A DNA stretch of 64,000 nucleotides from Truepera sp. (GCA_965218435.1 CBDCKW010000005.1:576001-640000); one strand, 5' to 3'; positions 19,856 to 28,868 are shown, counted from the stretch's first letter. Notes: a model not told the origin generated them from the letters alone. Numbers and translations: made by a program.

Positions 19856-20661
19856 GAATACTTCCTTACGAGGTCGCGCATTTTGACGGTTTCGCTCAGC
19901 ACGTCATCTTGAAGCGTGCCCATATAAGCCTGGTGGACGTATTCGACGGCTAAATACCCGTCGTAGCCGGTTTCGCGCAGAGTGGCGAGCAGGGCGGGAA
20001 AGTTGAGTGTGCCTTCCTCGAGTTTTGCCTGCAAGACCCCGGCTCGCGCCTGCCGTAAATGGATATGCCCCGCGTGCGGTGCGAGAGCGTCGATTTCCTC
20101 CTGGCGATAACTCAAACAGACGAAGTGCGCGTAGTCGAGCGCGAGCTTTAAGTAGGGAACTTTCTCGAGCAAATCTAAAACGAGAGCGGGGCTCTCCAAA
20201 TACGAATGGACATGTTGCTCAATCGTCAAAACGACACCCGCAGCTTGGGCAAGGGGCATGAGTTCTTTGAGGGCGGTGGCGGTCTGCTCGAGCGCGTCCC
20301 GCCGCCCCTGTCCCCGGTTGAGGACACCCGGCAGGAGCATTACCGAGGGAATCGCGGCAGCTTTGCAAAACGTCATCACCTTTTGGAAGTCTCTAAGATT
20401 GTCTTTGAGGCTGCCAGGGTCGGCTAAGTTGCGGTCTTCCGGTGAAGCGCCGAAGAGATAGTAAAAGTTGCTCAGAGTAATGTCGTGTGCTTTTAGCTGT
20501 TCGGCTGCGCCTTCAGGGTCGGTTAGCAGCGCATCTTTGTCCAAAGCCGAACGGTAAAAAAGCCCTACATCCACCGCCCCGATGCCTAGAGCTTTGGCGA
20601 CACCGACCGTCTCTTTTAAGGTGCAGTGCGGAAAAGACCACGAGGTGACGGAGAGTTTCAT
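19852..20661 (-). CDS. Sugar phosphate isomerase/epimerase (xylose-isomerase-like TIM barrel)
   Basis: IEQHVHS, LDYAHF, HIHLRQ, GYDGYLAVEY metal-ligand pattern. Confidence 0.85.
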   Translation of the reverse strand: MKLSVTSWSFPHCTLKETVGVAKALGIGAVDVGLFYRSALDKDALLTDPEGAAEQLKAHDITLSNFYYLFGASPEDRNLADPGSLKDNLRDFQKVMTFCKAAAIPSVMLLPGVLNRGQGRRDALEQTATALKELMPLAQAAGVVLTIEQHVHSYLESPALVLDLLEKVPYLKLALDYAHFVCLSYRQEEIDALAPHAGHIHLRQARAGVLQAKLEEGTLNFPALLATLRETGYDGYLAVEYVHQAYMGTLQDDVLSETVKMRDLVRKYS

Positions 20662-21734
20662 GAAATCGCCTCGACTCGTCCCGACTTCGCCGACTTGTGC
20701 GCGGCTTCGATCACCTCGACCGCCCGCTGCGCGACCTCACCGGGGGCGTCGTTCGCCACCTGTTCTCCTAAGCAGATTTGGACGAAGCGCTCCAAGGGCT
20801 GATAGGACTCGTAAGCGCCGTCGCCGTCCTCGAGCGGCACAATCATATGGTTTCCGTCGTGCCGCCGCAGCTCCAGACGTTCTCGTTCGATGTCCAGGAG
20901 CATCACGCCTTCAGTACCGAAGATACGAAGGTCGATCTGGTACTGCTTGAGGTCGATGCCGTCCGTAGTCGGTTTCGGCAGAGTCGCAGCGCCGGACACC
21001 ACGCCCGTCGCGCCGTTTGTAAAACGCAGGTTGATGGCGTCGTAGTAGTCCACGCCGGTCGGTGACAGGCCCATCCAAGCGAAAACTTCTTTGGGCTCGA
21101 GCGGTACCGTACCGAACAGCAAACCCAGCGCGTGACAGAGCTGCCCGTAGCCGTAGCCCCCGGCCCGTTCCGGGTCGGCCCAGGTCGAGGCGGGTGGGCG
21201 AAAGGTCGCGCCTTCGGTCTCGAGCATCCCCTCGCCGCCGAACAGGTCGCCTAGAGCCGAGGCCATCTGACACACCACGTGGCGCACCTCGCCGAGTTGC
21301 GGCGCGAGGCGGCGCGCTTCGCGGGCGAAGGGGCGAAAGCTCCAGCCCTGGGGGATCATGATCTGTTTACCCTGTTCCTGGGCGAGGGCGACGAGTTCGC
21401 GGGCCTGGTCGCCGCGCACCGTCAGGGGCTTTTCGACCAAGACGTGCTTGCCGCTTTCTAACACCGCCTTGGCGTGTTCAAAGTGGTTGATGTGCGGCGA
21501 GGCGACGACCACGCCGTCTAGGTCGAGTTGGACGAGTTCTCGGTAGTCTTCGGTCGCGTGTTCAAAGCCGAACTGCTCGCGGACAGCTGCCAACTCTTCT
21601 CGTCCTAAACGGCAGACACCGACCAGCTCTACATCGTCTCGCTCCTTAAAAAAGGGCAGCTGAACGCTGGTCGCCCACCATCCCGCGCCGATAAAGCCGA
21701 GGCGCGCGCTGTCTTTCATGGTGCCTTTGTTCAT
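20658..21734 (-). CDS. Gfo/Idh/MocA family oxidoreductase
   Basis: GFIGAGWW, VASPH..HFE, HVLVEKP. Confidence 0.9.
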   Translation of the reverse strand: MNKGTMKDSARLGFIGAGWWATSVQLPFFKERDDVELVGVCRLGREELAAVREQFGFEHATEDYRELVQLDLDGVVVASPHINHFEHAKAVLESGKHVLVEKPLTVRGDQARELVALAQEQGKQIMIPQGWSFRPFAREARRLAPQLGEVRHVVCQMASALGDLFGGEGMLETEGATFRPPASTWADPERAGGYGYGQLCHALGLLFGTVPLEPKEVFAWMGLSPTGVDYYDAINLRFTNGATGVVSGAATLPKPTTDGIDLKQYQIDLRIFGTEGVMLLDIERERLELRRHDGNHMIVPLEDGDGAYESYQPLERFVQICLGEQVANDAPGEVAQRAVEVIEAAHKSAKSGRVEAIS

Positions 21735-22447
21735 AAAGCCTCCTTTTGCCGGTCATACGCTTTCTTTACTCGCTCCAAATGACGCTGCATGGCGCGGCCT
21801 GCGGCTTCCGCGTCGCGCGCTTCGAGCGCCTGATAGATGGCGGTGTGGTCTTCATGACTGCGTTCCCGCACGCCGGGCAAGTTCACCGTCAGGCTCCGGC
21901 TGGCGCGGGTCAGCACGCTTAAACTCTGCACAATCTGTTTGAGTAGGGTGTTACTCGCTGCGTCGGTGATGACCTTGTGAAAGGCAATGTCGAGTTCGAG
22001 AAACGCCTCCGGGTCGTCAAGGACTGTTTCCCCCTCAGCGACGTAACATTTGAGCTGCGCGAGGTCTGTGTCGCTCAGGTGTTCGGCTGCGAGTCGCGTC
22101 AGACCGGCCTCGAGCACTGCGCGCGCTTCGAAAAGCATGTCGAGGTTGTCCGCCTCTAAGCTCACCAAAAAGTGCAGCGGCTGCAAGAGGCGCTCCGGAC
22201 TCAGCACGGCAACCCGAACCCCGTCGCCCTGACGAATATCGAGTACGCCGAGCAGCGACAGCGCCCGGAGCGCCTCCCGCAAACTGGGCCTGCCGACGCC
22301 TAACTGCGCCGCCAACTCACGTTCAGCCGGCAAGCGGTCTCCCGGTTTGAGGACGCCCGCCTGAATCAACCCCAAAACGCGCTGTGTGACCTGTTCGGCA
22401 ACCCCTTGTTTAGCGATGAGTTGCTCGAGGCCGCCAGGAGCTATCAA
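21731..22447 (-). CDS. FadR/GntR family transcriptional regulator
   Basis: LKPGDRLPAERELAAQLGVGRPSLREAL; FCD domain D..FH, H..I; TTG start overlapping the upstream TGA is inferred. Confidence 0.9.
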   Translation of the reverse strand: MIAPGGLEQLIAKQGVAEQVTQRVLGLIQAGVLKPGDRLPAERELAAQLGVGRPSLREALRALSLLGVLDIRQGDGVRVAVLSPERLLQPLHFLVSLEADNLDMLFEARAVLEAGLTRLAAEHLSDTDLAQLKCYVAEGETVLDDPEAFLELDIAFHKVITDAASNTLLKQIVQSLSVLTRASRSLTVNLPGVRERSHEDHTAIYQALEARDAEAAGRAMQRHLERVKKAYDRQKEAL

Positions 22448-23451
22448 CTTCCCATAACACGGGTACGCAGCTGGTCGAGACCGACGGCAAGCAAAAGGAC
22501 GACGCCCTGAGTCACGTCTTGCCAAAAGCTCGAGACGTTTAAGAGCACCAGCCCGTTGTTGAGCGTCCCGAGGATTAGAACGGCGAGCAGCGTCCCCCAG
22601 ATGCTGCCGCGCCCCCCGTAAAGACTCGTCCCGCCTAAAATGACGGCGGCAATGACCGTAAGGATGCTGTCCGACGCGGCAGTCGGCGCGCTGGCGCGGA
22701 GCATCGCCGCTAGCACCAGCCCGCTCACCGCGCCGCTGATTCCGGACAGGATAAAAAGCCGCGTCAGCACCCGGTTGACCGGAACGCCCGAGAGCCGACT
22801 CGCTTCTTTGTTACCGCCCGTCGCGTAAACGAAGCGGCCAAAACGTGTGCGCACCAGCACCCAAAAGAGGACGATGAAGGCGACGACCATCACGATAAGC
22901 GGAACGGGGACCCCCAGAACTCGCCCGGAGCCGATAAAAGTAAATCCTTCCGAGAGCAGCGGTTTGGTCAGGCCGCCCGTCAAGACGAGCGCGACACCTT
23001 CGCAGATACTGAGCATCCCCAAGGTGGCGATCAGCGCGTTGATCCCGACCCGAGTGACGAAAAAACCGTTGACCCAGCCGATTCCGGCGGCGACGAGCAG
23101 GGCCACCAAACAGGCCAGCCAGATGCTCCACCCGGCAGCGGCGAGCAGGCCGACGATCACCCCGCTCAACCCGGCAATCGCCGCGACGGACAAGTCCATC
23201 CCCCCGGCAATAATCAGGAGCGTCTGGGTCGCCGCCATCAAACCGATAAAAGCCATGTTGTTGCCGATACTCAGCAGGTTTCTGGTCGATAAAAAGAAGG
23301 GTGACAACACGGAAAAAACGATCATCAGGACGACGTAAAAGACAAGCAGCACGCCGACCCCGGCCCACGGTTTATTCAGCAGGTTACGCAGCGAGGCGTT
23401 CCCGGACGCGCCGCGCCCAGGGTTAGAGCTCCTTAGCTTGGGTTGCGACAT
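22444..23451 (-). CDS. Monosaccharide ABC transporter permease (RbsC-like)
   Basis: GGMDLSV, TRFGR..YATGGN.EASRLSG, IAAVILGGTSL.GG.G. Confidence 0.92.
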   Translation of the reverse strand: MSQPKLRSSNPGRGASGNASLRNLLNKPWAGVGVLLVFYVVLMIVFSVLSPFFLSTRNLLSIGNNMAFIGLMAATQTLLIIAGGMDLSVAAIAGLSGVIVGLLAAAGWSIWLACLVALLVAAGIGWVNGFFVTRVGINALIATLGMLSICEGVALVLTGGLTKPLLSEGFTFIGSGRVLGVPVPLIVMVVAFIVLFWVLVRTRFGRFVYATGGNKEASRLSGVPVNRVLTRLFILSGISGAVSGLVLAAMLRASAPTAASDSILTVIAAVILGGTSLYGGRGSIWGTLLAVLILGTLNNGLVLLNVSSFWQDVTQGVVLLLAVGLDQLRTRVMGS

Positions 23452-24931
23452 CTAACAGCTCCTTTGTTTTGACGCCGCGCCGATATTCGCCGACGAGCAC
23501 GCCCCTGTTGAGTACGATCGACCGGTCGCACATCCCTTCGATCTCTTCGGCGTCCGTAGAGACAAGCAAAATTGCCATCCCCCGGTTTGCCAGCGTTTTA
23601 AGTTCCGCGTAGATTTCTTTGCGCGCCCCAACGTCTACGCCGCGCGTCGGTTCGTCCATGATCAAAAGGTCGACCCCCTCGACCAGCCAGCGGGCGATGC
23701 AGACTTTTTGCTGGTTGCCGCCACTTAGGTAACGGAGCTTTTGACCCGTCCCCCGGGCCTTGATCGATAGCCCTTTCATCCAGCGGTCCACGTATTCGTC
23801 TTCGGCCTGGCGGGAAACGTTGCCAAAGGTTGTGTAGCGTTCTAAAAAAGCCAGCGTCATGTTTTCGCGCACGCTCATGTCGGGGACTACACCCTCGGCC
23901 TTGCGTTCAGCGGCGATGTAGCCGATGCCCAAAGCTTTGGCCTGCATGGTGGTGGTCATGCTAAAAGGCTGCCCCTTAAAGCGAACCTTGCCCCGGACAG
24001 GTTTTTCCGCTGCGCCGAAGAGTGCCTTGCCGAGCGTGCCGATACCTGAACCGATCAGGCCGAACACGCCTAAGATCTCCCCTTTTTTTAGCTCGAAGCT
24101 TACGCCGTAAAGGACGCCTTCGATACTTAAATCCTCGACCTCGAGCAACGTTTCACCGTGTGGGGTTTGTTCTTGGGGATAAAGGTCGTCTACGGCGTTA
24201 CCGACCATCGCCAGCACCACATCCGCGTGAGACGCGTCTTGCGTCCGGTATTCGCCGGTCTTTTCACCGTCGCGCAAAACGACGATGTGATCGGAAATTT
24301 TAAAAACCTCGTTAAGATAGTGAGAGATATAGATGACGCTGACGCCGCGCGCGCACAGACGCCCGATGACTTCAAACAGCCGCGCGACCTCCTGGTTCGT
24401 CAGCGACGCGCTTGGCTCATCCATGACCAGGACGCGGGCGCGGCCTGCGAGGGCGCGGGCAATCTCTACCACGCGCTGCTCGGGAACCGACAGGTCTTTG
24501 ACGAGGGTTCTAGGGTCGACCTCGAGCCCGAGCTGAGCAAGCAGTTCACGCGCTTCTTCGCGCATCCGTTTGGTGTCGAGTTGAAGTAGCCCGAGCTGCC
24601 GTTTGAGCGGCAACTGTCCAATAAAGATATTTTCTTCGACGCTCATCTCGGGGATAACCGAGATTTCTTGCGGCAGCATCCTTACGCCCTTCTCAATAGC
24701 TTCAAAGGGCGTGTTAAAAACGGTCTCTTCACCGTCTAGCTGCACCACACCGTCGTCGCGAGTGTATTCCCCGCAAAGGATTTTAATAAGTGTCGATTTG
24801 CCCGCCCCGTTCTGGCCCAATAGGGCCAGAACTTCACCTTCACCCAAACTGAGGTCGACGCCTTTTAAGACGGGCACGCCGCCGAAAGACTTCCAGATAC
24901 CCGACATCTCGAGGCGTGAAGCAGGTGTCAC
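23423..24931 (-). CDS. Monosaccharide ABC transporter ATPase (RbsA-like, two domains)
   Basis: GQNGAGKST, MDEPS, LSGGNQQK, DEPTRGVDVGA. Confidence 0.95.
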   Translation of the reverse strand: MTPASRLEMSGIWKSFGGVPVLKGVDLSLGEGEVLALLGQNGAGKSTLIKILCGEYTRDDGVVQLDGEETVFNTPFEAIEKGVRMLPQEISVIPEMSVEENIFIGQLPLKRQLGLLQLDTKRMREEARELLAQLGLEVDPRTLVKDLSVPEQRVVEIARALAGRARVLVMDEPSASLTNQEVARLFEVIGRLCARGVSVIYISHYLNEVFKISDHIVVLRDGEKTGEYRTQDASHADVVLAMVGNAVDDLYPQEQTPHGETLLEVEDLSIEGVLYGVSFELKKGEILGVFGLIGSGIGTLGKALFGAAEKPVRGKVRFKGQPFSMTTTMQAKALGIGYIAAERKAEGVVPDMSVRENMTLAFLERYTTFGNVSRQAEDEYVDRWMKGLSIKARGTGQKLRYLSGGNQQKVCIARWLVEGVDLLIMDEPTRGVDVGARKEIYAELKTLANRGMAILLVSTDAEEIEGMCDRSIVLNRGVLVGEYRRGVKTKELLDVATQAKEL

Positions 24932-24934
24932 CGG

Positions 24935-26116
24935 CTACTCTGTAGGGATGATGGCTTCGTAGCCCGCGTAGTTGGGGTTGGCGCGGACGCTCTCCAAGTG
25001 TGCTTGATACGCGTCTTGGGGAAACTCGTAGGTAAAGTCCGGGTAGCCTTCCGGCGTTTTACATTCGCGGTCCTTGTAATACTCACAGACGTTCATCGGC
25101 GTCACCATCACGTGCTTGACGAGCACAGCGGCGGGCACCTCTTGCCCTGCCAACGTTGCCAGCGCCGTCGGGATAAGGTAGTTTCCGTAACGCTCCGGGA
25201 AGTATCCGGGCGAGGCGATAAAGTCGGGCTCGCCGGTCAAGCTGTCGAGTTCATCTGCACCCATACCGACGAACAGCGCGTCGCCCTCGCGTCCGGCAGT
25301 CTGCACCGCGCGCAACATCCCGGTGGTGGCTTGGTCGTTGATCGCAATGCCCATGACTGGAACATCTTCGGGAATACGGCCTAGAGCGTTACTCATCTGG
25401 CTGAAAGACTCCTCGAGCGTGTTTTTGGTGTCGATTTCGATAATGTGATCCTCTGGAAAGCCCTCAGCCGAGGCGAGAAATCCTGCACGCTGCCCCCCTG
25501 TACGCAGTGCCGGGATTGCGCCAGACTGCGGCAGTGCCCCGATAACCAGGTACCCGTCGTTTAGGCGGTCGCCGAACTTTGCTTGGGCAGCTTGCGCCAG
25601 GTAAGACCCGCCCATAAAGCCCGAACGCGGGTTGTTCGCACCGAAAAAGGTCGCGCCCTCCATCGGGATATCGATAGCGATCACCGGAATATCCGCATTA
25701 TTGAACTCTTCCATGATCACGGAGCCGAAGTTCGCGTCGGTTTGAAACTCTATTACGAAGTCAACGTTACGCTGCACAAAACTCTGAGCATTTGAAAGCG
25801 CAGTAGGGCCGTCAAGCCGGTTGTCGGCAATAACCAGTTCGATACCTGCTGCCTTAGCATTTTTCACAATCCCTTGCTCTGTCAAGATGCCGAAGGCAAT
25901 ATCACGCTGCAGGTTGGCAAAGGCAAAAACGTAATTTTCCCCGTTTTTAGGGGGCGTGACCTCTTTGGCTGCCGCGACCATCTGCTGCAGCGTTTCGGCG
26001 TTCAACATCTCGCCGTCGTAGGTCTCTGGGCTGAAGCCGAAAAAATCCTGAGCTGACGCGAGACTCGAGCCGAGTAGTAATACATATACAAGAACTACGA
26101 AACTTACAACTTTCAT
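24935..26116 (-). CDS. Sugar ABC transporter substrate-binding protein
   Basis: Signal peptide; periplasmic binding protein type I pattern (VIAIDIP, GAN, IND). Confidence 0.85.
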   Translation of the reverse strand: MKVVSFVVLVYVLLLGSSLASAQDFFGFSPETYDGEMLNAETLQQMVAAAKEVTPPKNGENYVFAFANLQRDIAFGILTEQGIVKNAKAAGIELVIADNRLDGPTALSNAQSFVQRNVDFVIEFQTDANFGSVIMEEFNNADIPVIAIDIPMEGATFFGANNPRSGFMGGSYLAQAAQAKFGDRLNDGYLVIGALPQSGAIPALRTGGQRAGFLASAEGFPEDHIIEIDTKNTLEESFSQMSNALGRIPEDVPVMGIAINDQATTGMLRAVQTAGREGDALFVGMGADELDSLTGEPDFIASPGYFPERYGNYLIPTALATLAGQEVPAAVLVKHVMVTPMNVCEYYKDRECKTPEGYPDFTYEFPQDAYQAHLESVRANPNYAGYEAIIPTE

Positions 26117-26182
26117 ATCTACCTCCCGTAAGATTTTTACGGCAGAAATCTGCCCGATCGAACTTCATTCGTCTATCTGTAA

Positions 26183-26221
26183 TGGTAAGACCACTTTACC
26201 TTTTAGGCCCAGCTTTGTCAA
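26183..26221 (-). promoter_or_regulatory. Sigma70 promoter plus FadR-type operator
   Basis: Minus strand TTGACA (26216-26221), 17 bp, TAAAGT (26193-26198); palindrome TGGTAAGACCA at 26183-26193 over the predicted +1. Confidence 0.8.
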
Positions 26222-26388
26222 CACCGAGCATATTTGAGAGCTAGAAAAGAAACCAGGAAAGTGCGTGGCCGCGCTCGTATGGTTCTAGAGCGGGTGAGGC
26301 ATAAGGCAAGTAGCCCGCTCAGCTGCTCAGCACTCTTTGCTTACACGACAGGCGCAGGTATATACAGGAAAGCCTTCATTTGTAGAGG

Positions 26389-27607
26389 TGACCTGACCCC
26401 GATAGCGGAACCAGGATCATCTTAAGTCAAAAGCCAATTTGGTATAGCAGGGTTCGGCAGGATCAGCCAAGCCTCAGGAGCGGGAGGGCGGTAGCAGTTG
26501 TAGTGATCTCGCCAGTGGGCGATGAGGATCTGGGCTTCATTCGAGGGAAGTGAAGACCTCGCCATTCAGGAGTTCGTATCTGAGCTTGCCTTTAAATGAT
26601 TTGATGTAGCCGTTTTCTCAGGGGCTACCCGGTTTGATAAAGAGCATGTTGATCTGCAGGCGTTTGAGCCAGCGTTTCACAGCCTTAGCGCAAAACTCAG
26701 GACCGTTATCGCTGCAGATATGTGCCAGTGGACCTTTGCGGAGAAACAGTTCCGAGAGCGTTTCCAAGACGCGGGTCGAGTTGAGTTTGCGTTAAAATCT
26801 GATCGCAAGACATTCACGAGTGAATTCATCGACGACCGTCAGCATCCGAAATCCTCTGCCGTTGCTGGTCTTATCGGCGACAAAGTCATACGCCCAGACG
26901 TGTTCCTTGTGTTCAGGTCTAAGTCTGAGACACGAGCGGTCACTCAACCATAGCCGTCTGAGCTTGGGCTGTCTGACAGGAACTTTGAGTCCCTCCTGAC
27001 ACCATGTCCGCTGGATGCTCTTGCTGTTGATAGCCAACCCTGAAGTCTTAGTAAGACAGTGATCCGGCAATAGCCATAACGCCCATACTGCTTGGCGAGA
27101 TCGGTAATCACTGTCGTTAAGCGTGTCTCATCAGACTTGACCTTAATGACTCGACATTGAACCGAGCGATGTTGACCCAATGTCCGGCGCGCTCTACGCT
27201 CTGACACCCCTAAACGCTCGCCCACCGCGTTGACACAATGGCGGCGGCGTTCAGGGCTCAAAAGTTTTCCTTGGCCGCCTCTTCCAAAATTAGCTTGTTC
27301 AAAGTTAAGTCAGCTACTGCTTTACGAAGCCGAGCGTTCTCTCTCTTGACTTCCTTCAATCGTTCGTTTAGCTTGATCGACCTGCATGCCCCCGTACTCT
27401 TTTCGCCACCGGTAGTAGATGACTTCGCTGACCTGTAGCGTGCTGACCACCTCGGCGACGCTTGCCCCTTTATTCAGCCGTACCTCGACTTCCCGGAGTT
27501 TGCTGATAATTTCCTTTGGCTTATACGTCTTCTTAGGCATTTCTACCCCGACTAAAATTAATCTGGCGCTATCAATGCGCCTGGATTCCTTTTAGAAAGT
27601 CAGGTCA
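26389..27607 (-). mobile_element. Degenerate IS3-family (IS407-group-like) element
   Basis: TGACCTGAC termini at both ends; orfA MPKKTYKPKEIISKLREVE..YYRWRKEYGG; orfB pieces YGRYG, HVWAYDFV, VVDEFTRECL; several frameshifts. Confidence 0.88.
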
Positions 27608-27611
27608 TCCT

Positions 27612-27645
27612 CTCTGCGGCACTTCGGCCCGTTAGCTGCTTAAGC
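27612..27645 (-). repeat. Conserved 34-bp site 'D' downstream of the second vapC (putative recombination site)
   Basis: Minus strand GCTTAAGCAGCTAACGGGCCGAAGTGCCGCAGAG; 24/34 ungapped identity to 8227-8260. Confidence 0.65.
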
Positions 27646-28015
27646 TTTCCGACTAGCGTTCGATCCAGTTCTCGACCTGCAGGCCGCCAATACGCTCGAA
27701 GTGACGCAGGTTCCCCGTGATGACTACAAGATTGTGTTCGAGCGCGGTTGCAGCAATCATCAGATCAGCGTCTGCCAGCCGCTCGCCACGAACTTCCAAA
27801 GCAGCTTTCAGTTCTCCGAACCGTTCCATTTCGGCCGTGCTGAGAGGGATAGCTAGAAGCAGCGCCCTTAGGCTGTCCACCTCAGCTTTGCGCTCGGTGC
27901 GCCGCTCACTTTTTGCCGCGCCGTAGTACAGCTCTCCGATGCACACACTACTCGTGCAGAGTGCGCTTAAGGGAGCGCCAAGCAGCTTTTGCCGAACGTC
28001 CTCACGACCACGGAG

Positions 28016-28583
28016 CTAAACAACACACCGACTAAAGTCGGAGGGTTTGAGGCAACGACTGAAAGTCAGGATACGGGTCGTAGACCCGTTAGCCCTCTGT
28101 CTTGAAGTTGTCGTCTCGGGTCGGTTCGAAGTGGTGCTCCAAATAGCTTTTGATCATTTCCTCCGTTACCTGTCCCACCGTTGCACAGAAGTATCCCCTC
28201 GCCCAGCAGTGCCGCCCCCAGTACCTCGCTTTTAGCTTCGGATACTCCTCGAACAGCTTGCTCGCACTCCGCCCCTTGACACGCCTCATGATTTCGCTCG
28301 GTGCCATCGTCGGCGGAGCACTTACCAAGATGTGTACATGGTCACTACTGACTACTCCGCTCAGTATTCGTATCTCGAACGCTTCGCAGGTTTGCCGTAC
28401 CAGTTCTCGCACTCGCTCGGCAACATCACCCTTCAGCACCTTGTAGCGGTATTTCGTCACCCATACGAAGTGGTACTCGATGTTGAAAACTGTCTGACTG
28501 CCGTAGCGGTATGCCATTCACCAAGGCTAACAGATGAAATCTGACCGCCTAAAGGCGGTGGCTTTAACCTTACACTTGGAATA
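28016..28583 (-). mobile_element. IS200/IS605-family element (tnpA only, 568 bp)
   Basis: Inserted 3' of TTAC with no target duplication; subterminal hairpins ACCGCCTTTAGGCGGT (left end) and CCGACTTTAGTCGG (right end); ends in TTAG. Confidence 0.9.
28089..28517 (-). CDS. tnpA: IS200/IS605 Y1 HUH transposase
   Basis: YHFVWVTKYR, DHVHIL (HUH), KGRS, WARGYF, IKSYL (catalytic Y). Confidence 0.93.
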   Translation of the reverse strand: MAYRYGSQTVFNIEYHFVWVTKYRYKVLKGDVAERVRELVRQTCEAFEIRILSGVVSSDHVHILVSAPPTMAPSEIMRRVKGRSASKLFEEYPKLKARYWGRHCWARGYFCATVGQVTEEMIKSYLEHHFEPTRDDNFKTEG

Positions 28584-28622
28584 GTAAAACACCAACGTGT
28601 CGGTATCAAGCAGGTAGGTCAT

Positions 28623-28850
28623 TTACAGATCAACGTCACGGCCAAATGATCGTTCTGGCAGAAGGTCTTTATCGGCAAGCGGTTCATCTCGCCATACCCC
28701 GGAGAGGCTGGCAAGTGGATGCGCTTCGCCAATCGCATCGCTTTTGCTAGCTACGCGTCTAGCGAGGAGGAAAGCTGCGAAGTCCTCGACCTCCTCGCGC
28801 AAGTCTGGAGGTAGGGCTGCGAGTGTGCGTTCAAGCTTTACATCGGCCAT
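28623..28850 (-). CDS. DUF2281-type antitoxin
   Basis: LPPDLREEVEDFAAFL; its stop abuts the vapC ATG at 28622. Confidence 0.82.
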   Translation of the reverse strand: MADVKLERTLAALPPDLREEVEDFAAFLLARRVASKSDAIGEAHPLASLSGVWRDEPLADKDLLPERSFGRDVDL

Positions 28851-28853
28851 AAC

Positions 28854-28868
28854 GCCATTATAGGGCGG
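28854..28868 (+). repeat. Inverted copy 'F' of the site core; overlaps the antitoxin -10 box
   Basis: GCCATTATAGGGCGG vs site A minus strand GCCATTATCGGGCCG (13/15); its reverse complement contains TATAAT 6 bp before the ATG at 28850. Confidence 0.5.

Larger units (their letters stand above)
27653..28622 (-). pseudogene. vapC: PIN-domain toxin interrupted by IS200
   Basis: Removing 28016-28583 gives an in-frame 133-aa MTYLLDTDTLVFY|LRGREDV...GELYYGA...DADLMIAATAL...TGNLRHF...ENW. Confidence 0.9.

Noticed and set aside
28016..28583. TnpB/IscB with omega-RNA
   Set aside because: The element is 568 bp with tnpA only, and just ~70 bp lie between the stop and the right end.
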